DNA of 64,000 nucleotides from Octopus sinensis. Its lineage: Eukaryota. Under the pieces are notes generated by a model. It did not search any database. It saw only the letters and a list, made by a program, of their open reading frames with translations, and was not told the DNA's origin. The stretch covers positions 30,194,001-30,258,000 of the forward strand of contig NC_043006.1 in the NCBI RefSeq assembly GCF_006345805.1, read 5' to 3'. The position numbers were made by a program, and so were the translations under genes. Shown here one piece after another: positions 1 through 11,690 of the stretch (positions are counted from its first letter, which is position 1; each line of letters opens with the position of its first letter).

Positions 1-789
1 TGAGAGAATCAAATGAATATAGAAAATATTAACGTTATCAGATGAAAGAGTTTTGTGGGAGAACAGGGGAAAAATTTGATAACAAAAATATAATTTTAAA
101 ATTCCAAGATATATAAAGATGGGCATGAGTTTTCTTTTTTGGTTTATTTATACACACACACAGACACGCTTATATATGTGCGGACACACACACATATAAT
201 TAGAAGTTAAGTATTCAAAATTTGATATATTTTATAGCTATAAGATGTTTGATTAATCAAACATTTAGAAATATATCTTAAAAAAACTTCAGTCAATAAG
301 TTACCCCAATTTTTTAACAATCTAGTATCCTTTTTCAAAGACAAAAATTGTGCAAAAGATTTTTAAGAAAAATTTGATAAAAATTTCATCATTATTAATA
401 TTAAAAAAATGTAGCAATTTATATTGTTTTTGAGTAGCTTTGGTTAAATGTCGTTAATGAAACCTGTAGCTTTGAGATAACCAAGCTAAGAATTGTTCAT
501 TTAGATATTTTATTTGGGCTTATTGTGAATTGAGTGTAAATTTTTCACTATTAATATGGAAGCTTGAAGTAAATTCTCACTTAAAGATGGTTGTCTGTTT
601 GTTCAGTGAGATTTTGGTGCTTCATTGCACTAGAAAACAGACAACACAAAGTCCACTGTGTCTTTAATATTTATTTCATAACATAAAACCTGAGATTTGA
701 AAGGAACAAGGAATGTAACAATAACCAAAATACAACTTTTTAATGATGACATTGCTTTAATCTTTTGGAAACAGAAATATTGGTTTCAA

Positions 790-990
790 AATTTGGCAGA
801 AGGCCAGAATATCTGGGAGAGAAGTCAAGTCGATTACACTGACCCTAGTGTTTAACTAGTACTTATTCTATCAACCCTGAAAAGGATGAAAGGCAAAGTC
901 AACCATAGCAAAATTTGAACTTAGAATATAAAGACAAACAAACTGCTGTTAAGCATTTTGCTTGGGCTGCTAACAATTCTGCCTGATTTA
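790..990 (-). mobile_element. tRNA-derived SINE, family with core gcctttcatcctttc.gggt.gata
   Basis: Similar copies at 2780-2980 (-), 25014-25230 (+), 58140-58290 (-), and 3' parts at about 14990-15075 and 48650-48770. Confidence 0.7.
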
Positions 991-1139
991 TATTCAAAAA
1001 CAGATTTAGAGAAGAAGGGAAAACTGGTAACAGTTCTTTGGTTTGCAATAATGGAAATGTGTCATTGGAAGTCATTCCAACTAAGAATCAAAATCAAATT
1101 GTAAACTTGATTTGCTAGGAACTACCAGCTGGAATTGAA

Positions 1140-1326
1140 CCCTTTTGTTACTGCATTTATTTTGAGATGCTGTGTGTTTCTTTCAATTTAATAAAATGAC
1201 TTAGTTATCATTAAGCTGTGTTAGGAGCATAAATTGTGACTAAGGTTTAGTGGAAGATTTTAATTCAAAACTTATGAAAACAAGACATTTTTACTCAGAG
1301 CCAGAGCCGGTTTGGTAATGAAAGGG
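1140..1326. mobile_element. piggyBac-type MITE
   Basis: Termini CCCTTT...AAAGGG with TTAA on the right and TGAA on the left. A reverse-complement copy starts at 63796. Confidence 0.7.
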
Positions 1327-2779
1327 TTAAGCTAAGATCAACCATGACTGAAGAGACATAGGATCAAAAACAATCCATGAATGACTTTACCATCTAATTA
1401 AGATGACTGGATATGATTTTGAGGGAAATTTGGATGCTACTTTTAGCAAGTTTGGAGGTGAGGCACCATATAATAGCCATCTTATTGGCAAAGAAAGTGA
1501 TGGCAATATTTGTTAGAGGGATGAGAGAATCTTTTAGAGCCTCAGTATTTTTATTTTTGTATTATTTAATGAGACAGAATTATAGCAAGAATTCTCTGGA
1601 AATAAATACTTTAAAATAGAAACATTTAAAAAAAATAAATTGAAAAACAGAAGATGCAGCTTGGGTGATGTTCATGTTTAATGTTTAAATTTGACTTCTT
1701 CCCTGTTAATGGTTTCAGGTGGGGGGGGGGGGGGGTGTAATACGGACACTGAAAGTTCTTTAATTTCTATGCTGAAGATCATCATTCCATATATTCCAGT
1801 TCTATGATCGGTTAAATTGCTTTGCTGACTGCAAATAGGAAATTATTAAATGATTGTTTTAGAAGAATTAATTCAAAGCCGAGTTTGTTTTAATTATGAA
1901 ATGAAATATTAAAATTCAATGTTCCTAAATGTGTTAAAGCTTTCTCTCTTTGAACTAGTCTTCATAATCTATCTCTACAATGCAGCTTTGTGAATTCCTT
2001 AGCCACACACATGCACACAAGATTGAGGAAGAGAAGCATGTTAAAAGTTTAAAATAGCTGCACTGTAATTAAAATATAAATAAATAAACATATGGTGTCT
2101 AAATAAAATATTTGTAGGAAAAATCCTGCAAATAATGTAGTGTAGTATGGTATGGTTTTGTTTCATTTGACATAATGTTAGTGTTGTATAATGTTGAATA
2201 TGATACATTGTGGTGTTATTGTGTGTTGTATAGCAAGATGCTGTAGCATCTGGCAAAGTATATCATGTAATTCTATATGAGGTGATACATCAGTGTGTGG
2301 TGTAAAAGTTGATAGCATGATTTTGGTATATTTTGATGTGGTATCAAATGACATCGTATGGCATTTATGTGAATTATGATATAGCAGAGGGACTCTGTGA
2401 ATAAGTCAGTATAAAACATACTAGTGTTCAAATAGTCTTACTTATGGAAAATTTGGTAGAAGCACATGGTAACATATGAAATTATTTTTAAAAATAAAGA
2501 CAGAATATTTTCTATCAATGCCAATGCTTGCCTTTTCATAGAATTATGATTTTTAAATATGTCTCCATTTAAAAATGAAAAAAATTAAATTCCAAAGGAA
2601 AGAAAAATAGAAGGATAAAAGAAACCATCTGTTAATGTAATTGGCAGTGTGTCTCTATCTCTCTTTTTGTCCATTCCTGAAAGGACGATAACTCTGATCT
2701 CATTAGGTATATTACCCTTGATTGCTATATACTAACTAGAATGTAACCTGTCATAGAACAAGTATAATACTGGTTTCAA

Positions 2780-2980
2780 ATATTTGCATAAGGCCAGCAA
2801 TTTTGTGGGGAGAGAGTAAGTCAATAACATTGACCCCGGTGTTCAACTAGTGCTTATTTTATCAATCCCGAAAAGGCAAAGTCAACCTCATCACAATTTG
2901 AACTCAGAATGTAAAGATGATTGAAATGCTACTAAGCATTATGCTCAGTGTGCTAACGAATCTGCCAATTTGCCACCTTA
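2780..2980 (-). mobile_element. tRNA-derived SINE (same family as 790-990)
   Basis: Aligns by eye with 790-990 and, reversed, with 25014-25230. Confidence 0.7.
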
Positions 2981-3097
2981 AAAGACAATAAATACTGGGA
3001 AGAAGATACTTTTGTCTTTGTTGGTAGTGTCAGGTAATGTTACACCTATAATTAAGTGAAAGTTATCATTATTGGTAGTATGGATTTATTGAAAATA

Positions 3098-3306
3098 CAG
3101 TAATCCCTCAACTATCACAGGTGTTACGTTCCAAAACACCCCATGATAGGTGAAAATCCGTGAAGTAGAAACAGTACTGTACTGTGTATGTTTTAAAATC
3201 ATTTTTATAATTTGTATATATTTATTTTATTATAAATGCAAAACAACACCATGGAGGAGTCAACATAGGCTTAAATAATAAACCGGGATATGGCGAGGGA
3301 TTATTG
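3098..3306. mobile_element. Tc1/mariner (Tigger-like) MITE
   Basis: TIRs CAGTAATCCCTC / GAGGGATTATTG flanked by TA on both sides (3096-97, 3307-08). Lies about 440 nt past the stop codon, possibly in the 3' UTR. Confidence 0.7.
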
Positions 3307-3746
3307 TATACTAGTGAGAAATTTGTTTTATTTCATTTTAATTAAATAAATATTTTCAACTTGGAAATTAGAATTCATTGACCATGAATTCTGAAAAGAT
3401 TATAATTACTGGAACCAATGTAGCATTATCTGACATTAGCCACAGTGACAAAAGTACATTCTAAACATTAGCCATCACCATGTCATGGTTAATACTAGAA
3501 TACATATGATCTGGATTTATCAGATTTGGGTAAATTGTTTGGTTGACAGCAATGGAAAGATTATAAATATAAATGTGCCAAATTTGAAGAGGGTGAACAA
3601 AGTTTAAATATTTTAAATGAAACTGCGATACAATGTATGAATTTGAGAAAAAAAATTCCTTTAAAATTGTATCAGGATGGTGGGAGAAAGAAATAATGTA
3701 ACATGGAAAATTCCCATAAAAATAGTAAAGTTTTTGATGTTTGCTG

Positions 3747-3872
3747 CTATAAAAGGTCTGGGCTGGCAAGTGGAATTACTTGACAAATTGAATGATGTCG
3801 ACGTTTTTTCAAGATACCACGATGTGTACTGAGGTATTCTCGGAAGAAGGCCACAGTACTGTTCCATCCTTG
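3747..3872 (-). CDS. Patatin/EF-hand phospholipase, last coding exon 12 (QGWNSTVAFFREYLSTHRGILKKRRHHSICQVIPLASPDLL*)
   Basis: Acceptor gtcttgcag, TAG stop at 3747-3749. xGxxxTxxF is the final patatin helix. Total CDS 1620 nt. Confidence 0.85.
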   Translation of the reverse strand, partial: QGWNSTVAFFREYLSTHRGILKKRRHHSICQVIPLASPDLL

Positions 3873-4503
3873 CTGCAAGACACAAAATAAACCAATATTA
3901 GATTCTTCAAAGAATTCAAAGATTTAAAAGAATCGATACAGATGAACAGAAACATATACACACACATACACATTATGCAGGCATTGGCACACTTAAAGCA
4001 CAAATATATACCACATGAAATACACTGTCTATATATCTGTGATTATGTAGATATTATACACACAACTATACACTGCATTAAATATACTGCTTACATCTTT
4101 GATATCTGATCTGAATATTTACAACAGATGTAGCTTGCTAAAAGCATCCAAGTATAAGGTGGTTGTGTTAAATTGAGGGTGGGGTGGATTAGCTCTATTA
4201 TTCAGAAACAGGAGCAGTCCTTCTGATAGGCTTTCCTACAAAGCTTCTGTCCACTAAATTTCACTTACAGGCTATTGGCTGACTCAAGGGACACTTGGCC
4301 CAATGTGCCACACAGAATGATCCCAAAACAATGGTATCTTGGAGCAAACTTAACTACTCAACTGTGTTTATGGAGTTGCTTGTTGACATATGTCACATAA
4401 TGAGCCATCTTAAAGGTAGCTCTACCAGTAAACTTACATTCCACTGATGGGGTTTAATAAAACCAGAACATGTCCACAGTTGTCTACCCAAGCTTACACA
4501 CTC

Positions 4504-4753
4504 TACACACTTAATGCAGTGAATCAATTAATTTAACTTACATGCATAACAATAAAAAAAATATCAACCTAATTGTGGTCAAGAAAGGCTAAGGGGATAA
4601 TTGCAATACATAAATTAATAAAAGTTAATAAAAAACAGAAGAATTTAAGTATTGTAATTATCCCCTTAGCCTTTCTTGACCACAATTAGGTTGATTTTTT
4701 TTTATTGTTATGCATGTAAGTTAAATTAATTGATTCACTGCATTAAGTGTGTA
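4504..4753. mobile_element. Foldback MITE with about 105-bp inverted arms
   Basis: 4504-4609 is the reverse complement of 4649-4753 with about 2 differences. TA at both ends. Confidence 0.85.
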
Positions 4754-5074
4754 AGCATTGACTTAACTATTAGTTTATTTGCTGAAGAGACTCCAGGGTA
4801 CTCCCACCCCCACTATTAGTCATATCACTTTCTTTTATTCTCAGGCAGGTAAAGGTAGGAAGACAGTCATAAATATCATAGCCTTTTATCCCATTGCTAA
4901 ATTTCTGGGTGTGTTTATGCTTCAGAATAAAGCAAAACTAGGTTTGTTATAAGCCTCAAAGTTTCTCACTTTTACATTTTCTGACCTTTTCTTTTTTTGT
5001 GTGTGTAAGTTGTGAGAATATGAGGAAAGGTGAAAGAACTAAAGAACTGGGACAAAATATAGAAGTTCTATTAC

Positions 5075-5170
5075 CTTAATCAGGAACTGTTTGTCTTCGT
5101 CTTCCAAACAGAAGTCTGTGGTGTCAATATAACCTGTGTTTATACCAACTGTACGATGTTTATCTCGGTC
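5075..5170 (-). CDS. Patatin/EF-hand phospholipase, coding exon 11 (DRDKHRTVGINTGYIDTTDFCLEDEDKQFLIK)
   Basis: Acceptor tattgtag, donor AAG|GTAATA, 96 nt, phase 0 to 0. RTVxINTGxIxTTDF resembles the C-terminal strand/helix of bacterial-type patatins. Confidence 0.88.
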
Positions 5171-6074
5171 CTACAATAGTACCAAAAAAATATAACAATG
5201 AGATGTAATAGTAGTACACATATTAATGAATAATTACATTGGTAGATGACTGTTTGAAGTAGAAGGACATAGGTAGTAGAAGTGACCGTGTATATAACTG
5301 ATATTTTTTAATCAACTCCAATAAGGTGAATGGCTAGAATCAACACTTGCAATTGTTGACCTTTACACCTATATCTGTCCCTCACGTACCTTTAATCTCT
5401 CAACTAGCACAACTTGCTCTCCTAAGTGAAGGGGTTTTGTGTAACCCTGTCAATACAGGTGTCAAGTAAAGAACACCTGAGCCAGTGCCGCATAAAGAGC
5501 ACACAGTACACTGCAAAATGGAAGGGCATCCAGCCATAGAAACTGCCAAAACAGTGGAGTGTGATGCAGTTCTCTGGCTTGCCAGCTCCTATCAAACCAT
5601 CTAACCTATGCCAGCATGGAAGGCAGACATTAAGCGATGATGATGATAATGAGATTAAATATAGTCAGGCATTTGTTCTCTTGCTGTACAATTCCTGACA
5701 CTTCAATATCATTAGTGTTGCATATATTGAAATATATTGCTATCTGGATATCATACTCAATGTAGACACACCATTAGATAAAATCTTTTCATCGGCTTTT
5801 GCTAAAAAAAACATTATATATTGCAGCAAACAAACATCATTGCTGCAGTGATTCATGAGAAAGACAGATGCATTTCACTATTCTGGAGACTTGGCAATGC
5901 CATGCACCTTATTCCTGCTTATTTGTGCATGGTTTTGCACCTACTTGCATTTTTACGTGCATGTATGCATGTGTTAATACTTCATACAAAGTTGATTCTA
6001 TATGGTGATCATTTACTATGGAAAATACTGACTTCCAGGCTGTGTCTTTTAGCATGTATTATATATACTACCTA

Positions 6075-6617
6075 ATGGGGAATTAGTTTAGAGACCGAGA
6101 CCTATGGAAGTATGCTGTGCGTGAGAAGACCCGGCAAGACTAGTGAGGCCATAACCCGTGGCCCCTACCTGGGACGTAGTCAGTCCACCTGTGCATACCT
6201 TCCTTCTTGTGACACTTGTGAAGACCTGTTGAGGCAAGTGAAAATCAAACCAAATCAAAATAGATGAACATCAATGGAATTTGTATCTTTGTGGTACCAG
6301 TGCCGGTGGCACATAAGAAAACCATCCGAACGTGGCCGTAGCCAGTACCGCATCGACTGGCCTCCGTGCTGTGGGCACGTAACAAACACCATCCGATCGT
6401 GGCTGTTCGCCAGCCTCGTCTGGCACCTGTGTCGGTGGCACATAAAATCACCCACTACACTCTTGGAGTGGTTGGCGTTAGGAAGGGTATCCAGCTGTAG
6501 AAACACTGCCAGATCTGACTGGCTTGGTGCAGCCTTCGGGCTCCCCAGACCCCAGTTGAACCGTCCAACCCATGCTAGCATGGAAAGCGGACGTTAAACG
6601 ATGATGATGATGATGAC
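6075..6617 (+). mobile_element. 5'-truncated RTE LINE 3' end (ORF tail RDRDLWKYAVREKTRQD*, 3' UTR, (GAT)n tail)
   Basis: RTE-type C-terminal DRxxW motif, conserved ttggcgttaggaaggg.atccagctgtagaaac block and tail cgttaaacgatgatgatga. Many related copies occur in the window. Confidence 0.75.
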
Positions 6618-6624
6618 TTCTATG

Positions 6625-6930
6625 TGAAGGCATGTGGGTCAGTGGTTAGGGTTTTCAGCTCACAATTGTAAGGTCGTGAGTTCAACTCCCAGCAGCACAT
6701 TGTCCTTGAGCAAGACACTTTATTTCACATTGCTTCAGTTAACTCAGCAAAAATGAGTTTTACCTGTAATTCAAAGGGCTGGCCTTGTTACATTCTGTGT
6801 CACATTGAATCTCCCTGAGAACTATGTTAAGGATATGTGTATCTGTGGAGTACTCAGCCACTTGCACATTAATTTCATGAGCAGGCTGTTCTATTGATTG
6901 GATCAAGCAGAACCCTCATTGTCGTAACTG
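6625..6930 (+). mobile_element. tRNA-derived SINE
   Basis: A box tgggtcagtggtt, B box gagttcaactcc, then ccttgagcaagacactt. Related heads at about 53640-53712 (-) and 61550-61660 (+). Confidence 0.6.
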
Positions 6931-6981
6931 CCTGAGTGTCAGAGTGTGTGTGTATGTATGTGTGTGTGTATATATATATAT

Positions 6982-7014
<33 letters not shown>

Positions 7015-7100
7015 GTTTAATGATGATGATATATATAAATATATATATACACACTTTTTTTCCACACACACACATATATATATATGTGTGTGTGTGTGTG

Positions 7101-7531
7101 AAAAAAAACCAAGGTAGGAAATGCTAAAATAATTTTATAAAAAACATTTCAGTACTGGTTTCGGTCATTGAGACTTTTTCAACTGTAAGTATGGAAAACA
7201 ATTAAATTTTGGAAAAATTAAATGTAAAGTATTTTAAAAGAATATTTGCATAGTATTCAAATACAAGGGACATTTTCCTTGTTTCTGCCTAACTGACATA
7301 ACGACCTTGAACCCACAAGAGTAAATAAGGGAGACAGAGAGAAGCAGAAACAAGGAAAATGCCTCTTGTATTTGAATACTATGCAAATATTCTTTTAAAA
7401 GACTTTTCTTTTAATTTTTCCAAAATTTAATTGTTTTCCATACTTACAGTTGAAAAAGTCTCAATGACCGAAACCAGTACTAAAATGTTTTTTATAAAAT
7501 TATTTTAGCATTTCCTACCTTGGTTTTTTTT
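7101..7531. mobile_element. Foldback of two inverted about 190-bp Penelope-LTR-like units
   Basis: 7101-7290 is the reverse complement of 7340-7531. Flanked by (TG)n on the left and (CA)n on the right. Confidence 0.8.
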
Positions 7532-9990
7532 CACACACGCCTATTCCTACCTCCCACACGCCTATTCACACACACATACATACATACACACATACATACG
7601 CACATACATACACACATACATACATACACACACACATACATACACACACATACGCACACACCAACATAAACACGCACACGCACACACACACCTACATACA
7701 TACATTACACTTGTACACACACACACTTACATTCATACACACACACACACACAGACATACATACACACATACATACACACATACATACGCACATACATAC
7801 ACACTCACACACACACACCGCACGTACATACTTCACACACACATACACACATACATGTAGGCACACACATACATACATACCCACACATGCACACCTTTAC
7901 ACTGAATGCACACACACATACACCTTTTTGCATCCAGGCAGCCCCCCCTCTCTTTTCTGCTTTCCGGTTTTGGCTGATGGCTCCTCGGTTCCCGCGTAGC
8001 GGGTCGTTCGAGGGCCTTTGCGCTCGCGCGCCTTGGCGCGCGCTGGGGGCTTGGTCGGCCCCATGGGCTTGCGTTGTATTGCTTGTGTGTTGTGTGCGTG
8101 AGCGCGCTTCGTGTGTGTGGGCTTGCTTCGGGTGTGCGCGTGCGTATGTATGCATACATACCCACACACTCGCATGCATCCCTACCCACATACATACACG
8201 CACACCTACTCACACACACACACATACCCGCACACACACACACATACATACATACACACACATACCTACTTCAGACATACACACACACAGACATACACCC
8301 ATACACTCACTCACACGCATACACACACACACATACACACGCACACGTACACACACACACACACCTACATACATACATTACACTTGTACACACACACACT
8401 TACATTCATACACACACACACCTACACAGCCATACCCTCACTCAGACACACACACCTACCTACACACACACACAAACACACGCAGACACACACCCATACA
8501 TACATACATCTACACACACACGCCTACACACATACATAAACACACACACATACACACACATACGCACACACACACACACACATACTTACACACACACTCG
8601 CCTGCACGCGCACACACATGCATGACAAACACCCATACACTCACTCACATACGCACACACCAACATAAACACGCACACGCACACACACACCTACACTCCC
8701 ACACACATACATACGCACCTACATACACACATGCACGCATACACACACATACATTACACACGTACACACACACCTACATACACATGCATACACACACACA
8801 CACAAACATGCACGGACACACCCAGACATACATACATACACCTATACACACACGCCCACACACCTACATACACACACATACATATACACACATACACGGA
8901 CACACCCATACATACTTACATACATACACCTATACACACACGCCTACACACCTACATACACACACATGCATACACACACACATGTACGCACATACACACA
9001 TATACGCACATACATATATACCCACACACATGCACACATACGCACATGCATGCACACGCGCACACCTACACGCATACACACACACACGCACGTACACATA
9101 CATACATACATACACCCATACACATACATGCATCCTACACACACATACACACTCACATACATACACACACACTCACTCACACACCTGTATGTACGCGCAC
9201 ACACATGCACATACGCACACTTCCACACACCCACACGTACATACATACACACTCATACACATACACACACACACACACACGGACATACATCTATGCACAC
9301 ACATATATACACACATACTCACATACATTCATCGGACACACTGACACCCAGACATACACACAGACACACTCACACATCCACACACATACATACTTACGCG
9401 CACACACGCGCTTGCGCTGGTTCGTGCACCCATACGCGCATGCATGCACCTCGCTCTTGGACCCGACTTGACCTCCCGCTCGTTCCTGGGGCCGTCGCCT
9501 GTCCTTGGGTTCTCCCACGCCCGTCTCCGCGGGACCACTCTTCCATCTTCCCCTCAGCTGGAGTCCTTTTTCCTTATAACCACCCCCTTTTTTGTTACAC
9601 ACACGCGCACACATACATGCACCCACTCACACACACACATTGCTTAAATATATACATTACTCTTACACACACTTCAATCTACTCGCCATTAATACAACCA
9701 CGACACTGGACACACACACACACTACTACTCAACACACGCTGGCACGTTACATACTCCCCCAGTTCTTCCCCTCCCTCCCTTCCTCCTTCCTTCATTTTC
9801 TTACTACTGACCACTGTCTGCTGCCTACTACTGTTCGCCCTACCTCACACGCCTACACACAGACGCACACACTAACATACATATCATATTTTTTTGTTTT
9901 TTTATCTCGCCTCACACACACATACACACACGCACGCACGCACACACTCACACATACACACACATCTGTTGCGTTACCAACCCTGTCTCC
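7532..9990. repeat. Compound (CA)/(CATA) satellite with recurring higher-order motifs
   Basis: Blocks such as caccaacataaacacgcacacgcacacacacacct recur (about 7660 and 8660). Source of the His/Thr-rich ORFs. Confidence 0.9.
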
Positions 9991-10141
9991 ACTCTTTTGG
10001 CTTTAAAAACCTACTTTGCTCTTGTTATCGTAAACTTCCGCCTTCCACCATGTGTACTTCGTAAACACCAGTCGTTTTTTTTCTCCATCTCTTGTTGCCC
10101 ACTTTGGGATCTTTCTTTCCTCTCTCTTCCTCTTTATGTTT

Positions 10142-10168
10142 CTGATGAAGAGCTCCGCTCGAAACGTC
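10142..10168 (+). ncRNA. Minimal hammerhead-ribozyme-like core in a Penelope-type LTR-like repeat
   Basis: CTGATGA-A-GAGC(TCC)GCTC-GAAA-CGTC: intact core, 4-bp stem II, palindromic ACGT stem III, GUC site. Stem I pairing is weak. Confidence 0.5.
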
Positions 10169-10279
10169 ATACCTTCCTGCTTCCATATTTCCTGAGCGCC
10201 TATTAATAATAATACTGTAATTGTTCCACGTGTTGTTGTTTTTTTTTTTGTTTTCCCCTTTTTGGATTAAAATTATATA

Positions 10280-10311
<32 letters not shown>

Positions 10312-10842
10312 GTAGTCAGTTCAAATAAATGAGTAAAACTTGATGCTCGGTGAAAAGAGTTTGATGTTTTGAGCATAGCTCTTCATCAGAAAAGAGAAAT
10401 GGAAAGTCCAACAAAGGATAAGAAATTGCCAGTAGCATGTGTGTAGTTACACACACACACACAGTTCTTAAGAAGCTATAAGTCAGAAAGAAACAGATAC
10501 TCATATATGTATCAACAGAGTGGGTTCTTTTATACAGTACAGTATTAGGTCCATTTCAGCAGATTTTTACCGATTGGCTTTGTACATTAGAGTTCATGGA
10601 AATCTAATCCTGGTACCTGGAAGAAGGGTTTGTGGGAAGATTATGGTGATAATCTTTGTTACAGGAGGCTAAGAAGTGTGACATCTAATGTTGAGAAAAG
10701 TTAGAATGAAAAAAAATCATGGAAGTTGAGGGAAGAAACTTTTTAGAAAGTTATGCCCCTTGGCAGCAGCAAAAGTGGTTACACAAATGATTATGGAACC
10801 AATACTAATAATAAAATATAACATATAAACTAATATCGATAC

Positions 10843-11001
10843 CTCTATGAATGCCCGTTTAGTATTCGTCAACATGGTCTCTGTTAATGCTGAAAGGTAA
10901 GATTGTAAATCATTGATTGGTCTGCCAAAGTATCCAAGAAAGCGAGACTGGACATTAATTCCTTTTGTTTCAAGAAAGTTAACCAATTCTTGATACTCGA
11001 T
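10843..11001 (-). CDS. Patatin/EF-hand phospholipase, coding exon 10 (IEYQELVNFLETKG...MLTNTKRAFIE)
   Basis: Acceptor ttcttattgtag, donor GAG|GTATCG, 159 nt, phase 0 to 0. Completes the EF loop DTNQNNE-IEYQE. Confidence 0.88.
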
Positions 11002-11259
11002 CTACAATAAGAAAAGAATACAATTACAAGAATCAGTGAATTAATGTGAAAATGACATGACATTGAGACCTTGGCTGTAATGGCAAAAGCAATGGAACTA
11101 AGAGTATTTTGCTTTTTGAATAAAAATAAATCAATTCTTATACAACGAGTTTTAATATGTTAGCAATTAAGATCTGCAATTTAAAGATGCTCAGAAATAC
11201 ATGTGTGGGTAAAGATTTATGCATGCACTCACATATATATGTATATGCATGTATGTGTG

Positions 11260-11291
<32 letters not shown>

Positions 11292-11310
11292 TATATATGT
11301 ATACATATAT

Positions 11311-11690
11311 TTCTTTTATTCTTTTACTTGTTTCAGTCATTTGACTGTGGTCATGCTGGAGCACCACTTTCAAGGGTTTTTAGTTGAAGAAATTGACCCC
11401 AGGACTTATTCTTTGTATGCCTAGTACTTATTCTATCAGTCTCTTTTGCTGAACTGCAAAGTTATGGGGGACATAAACACACCAACATCAGTTATCAAGT
11501 GATGGTGGTGGGACAAAGACACACAAATATATACAATGGGATTCTTTCAGTTTCCTCCTACCAAATCCACTCACACAGCTTTGGTTGGCCTGAGGATATA
11601 GTAGAAGACACTTGCCAAAGGTGCCACACAGAGGGACTGAACCCAGAACCATGTGGTTGGGATGCAAGCTACTTACCACACAGCCACATG
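11311..11690 (-). mobile_element. tRNA-derived SINE with CORE-like block
   Basis: Head tggctgtgtggtaag / gggttcagtccc, block cctttggcaagtgtcttct, tail ending caagtaaaagaataaaag. Same family as 31948-32426. Confidence 0.8.

Noticed and set aside
7805-9626. Long His/Thr- and Val/Cys-rich ORFs (up to 485 aa)
   Set aside because: They are translations of CA/TG satellite, which lacks stop codons by composition.
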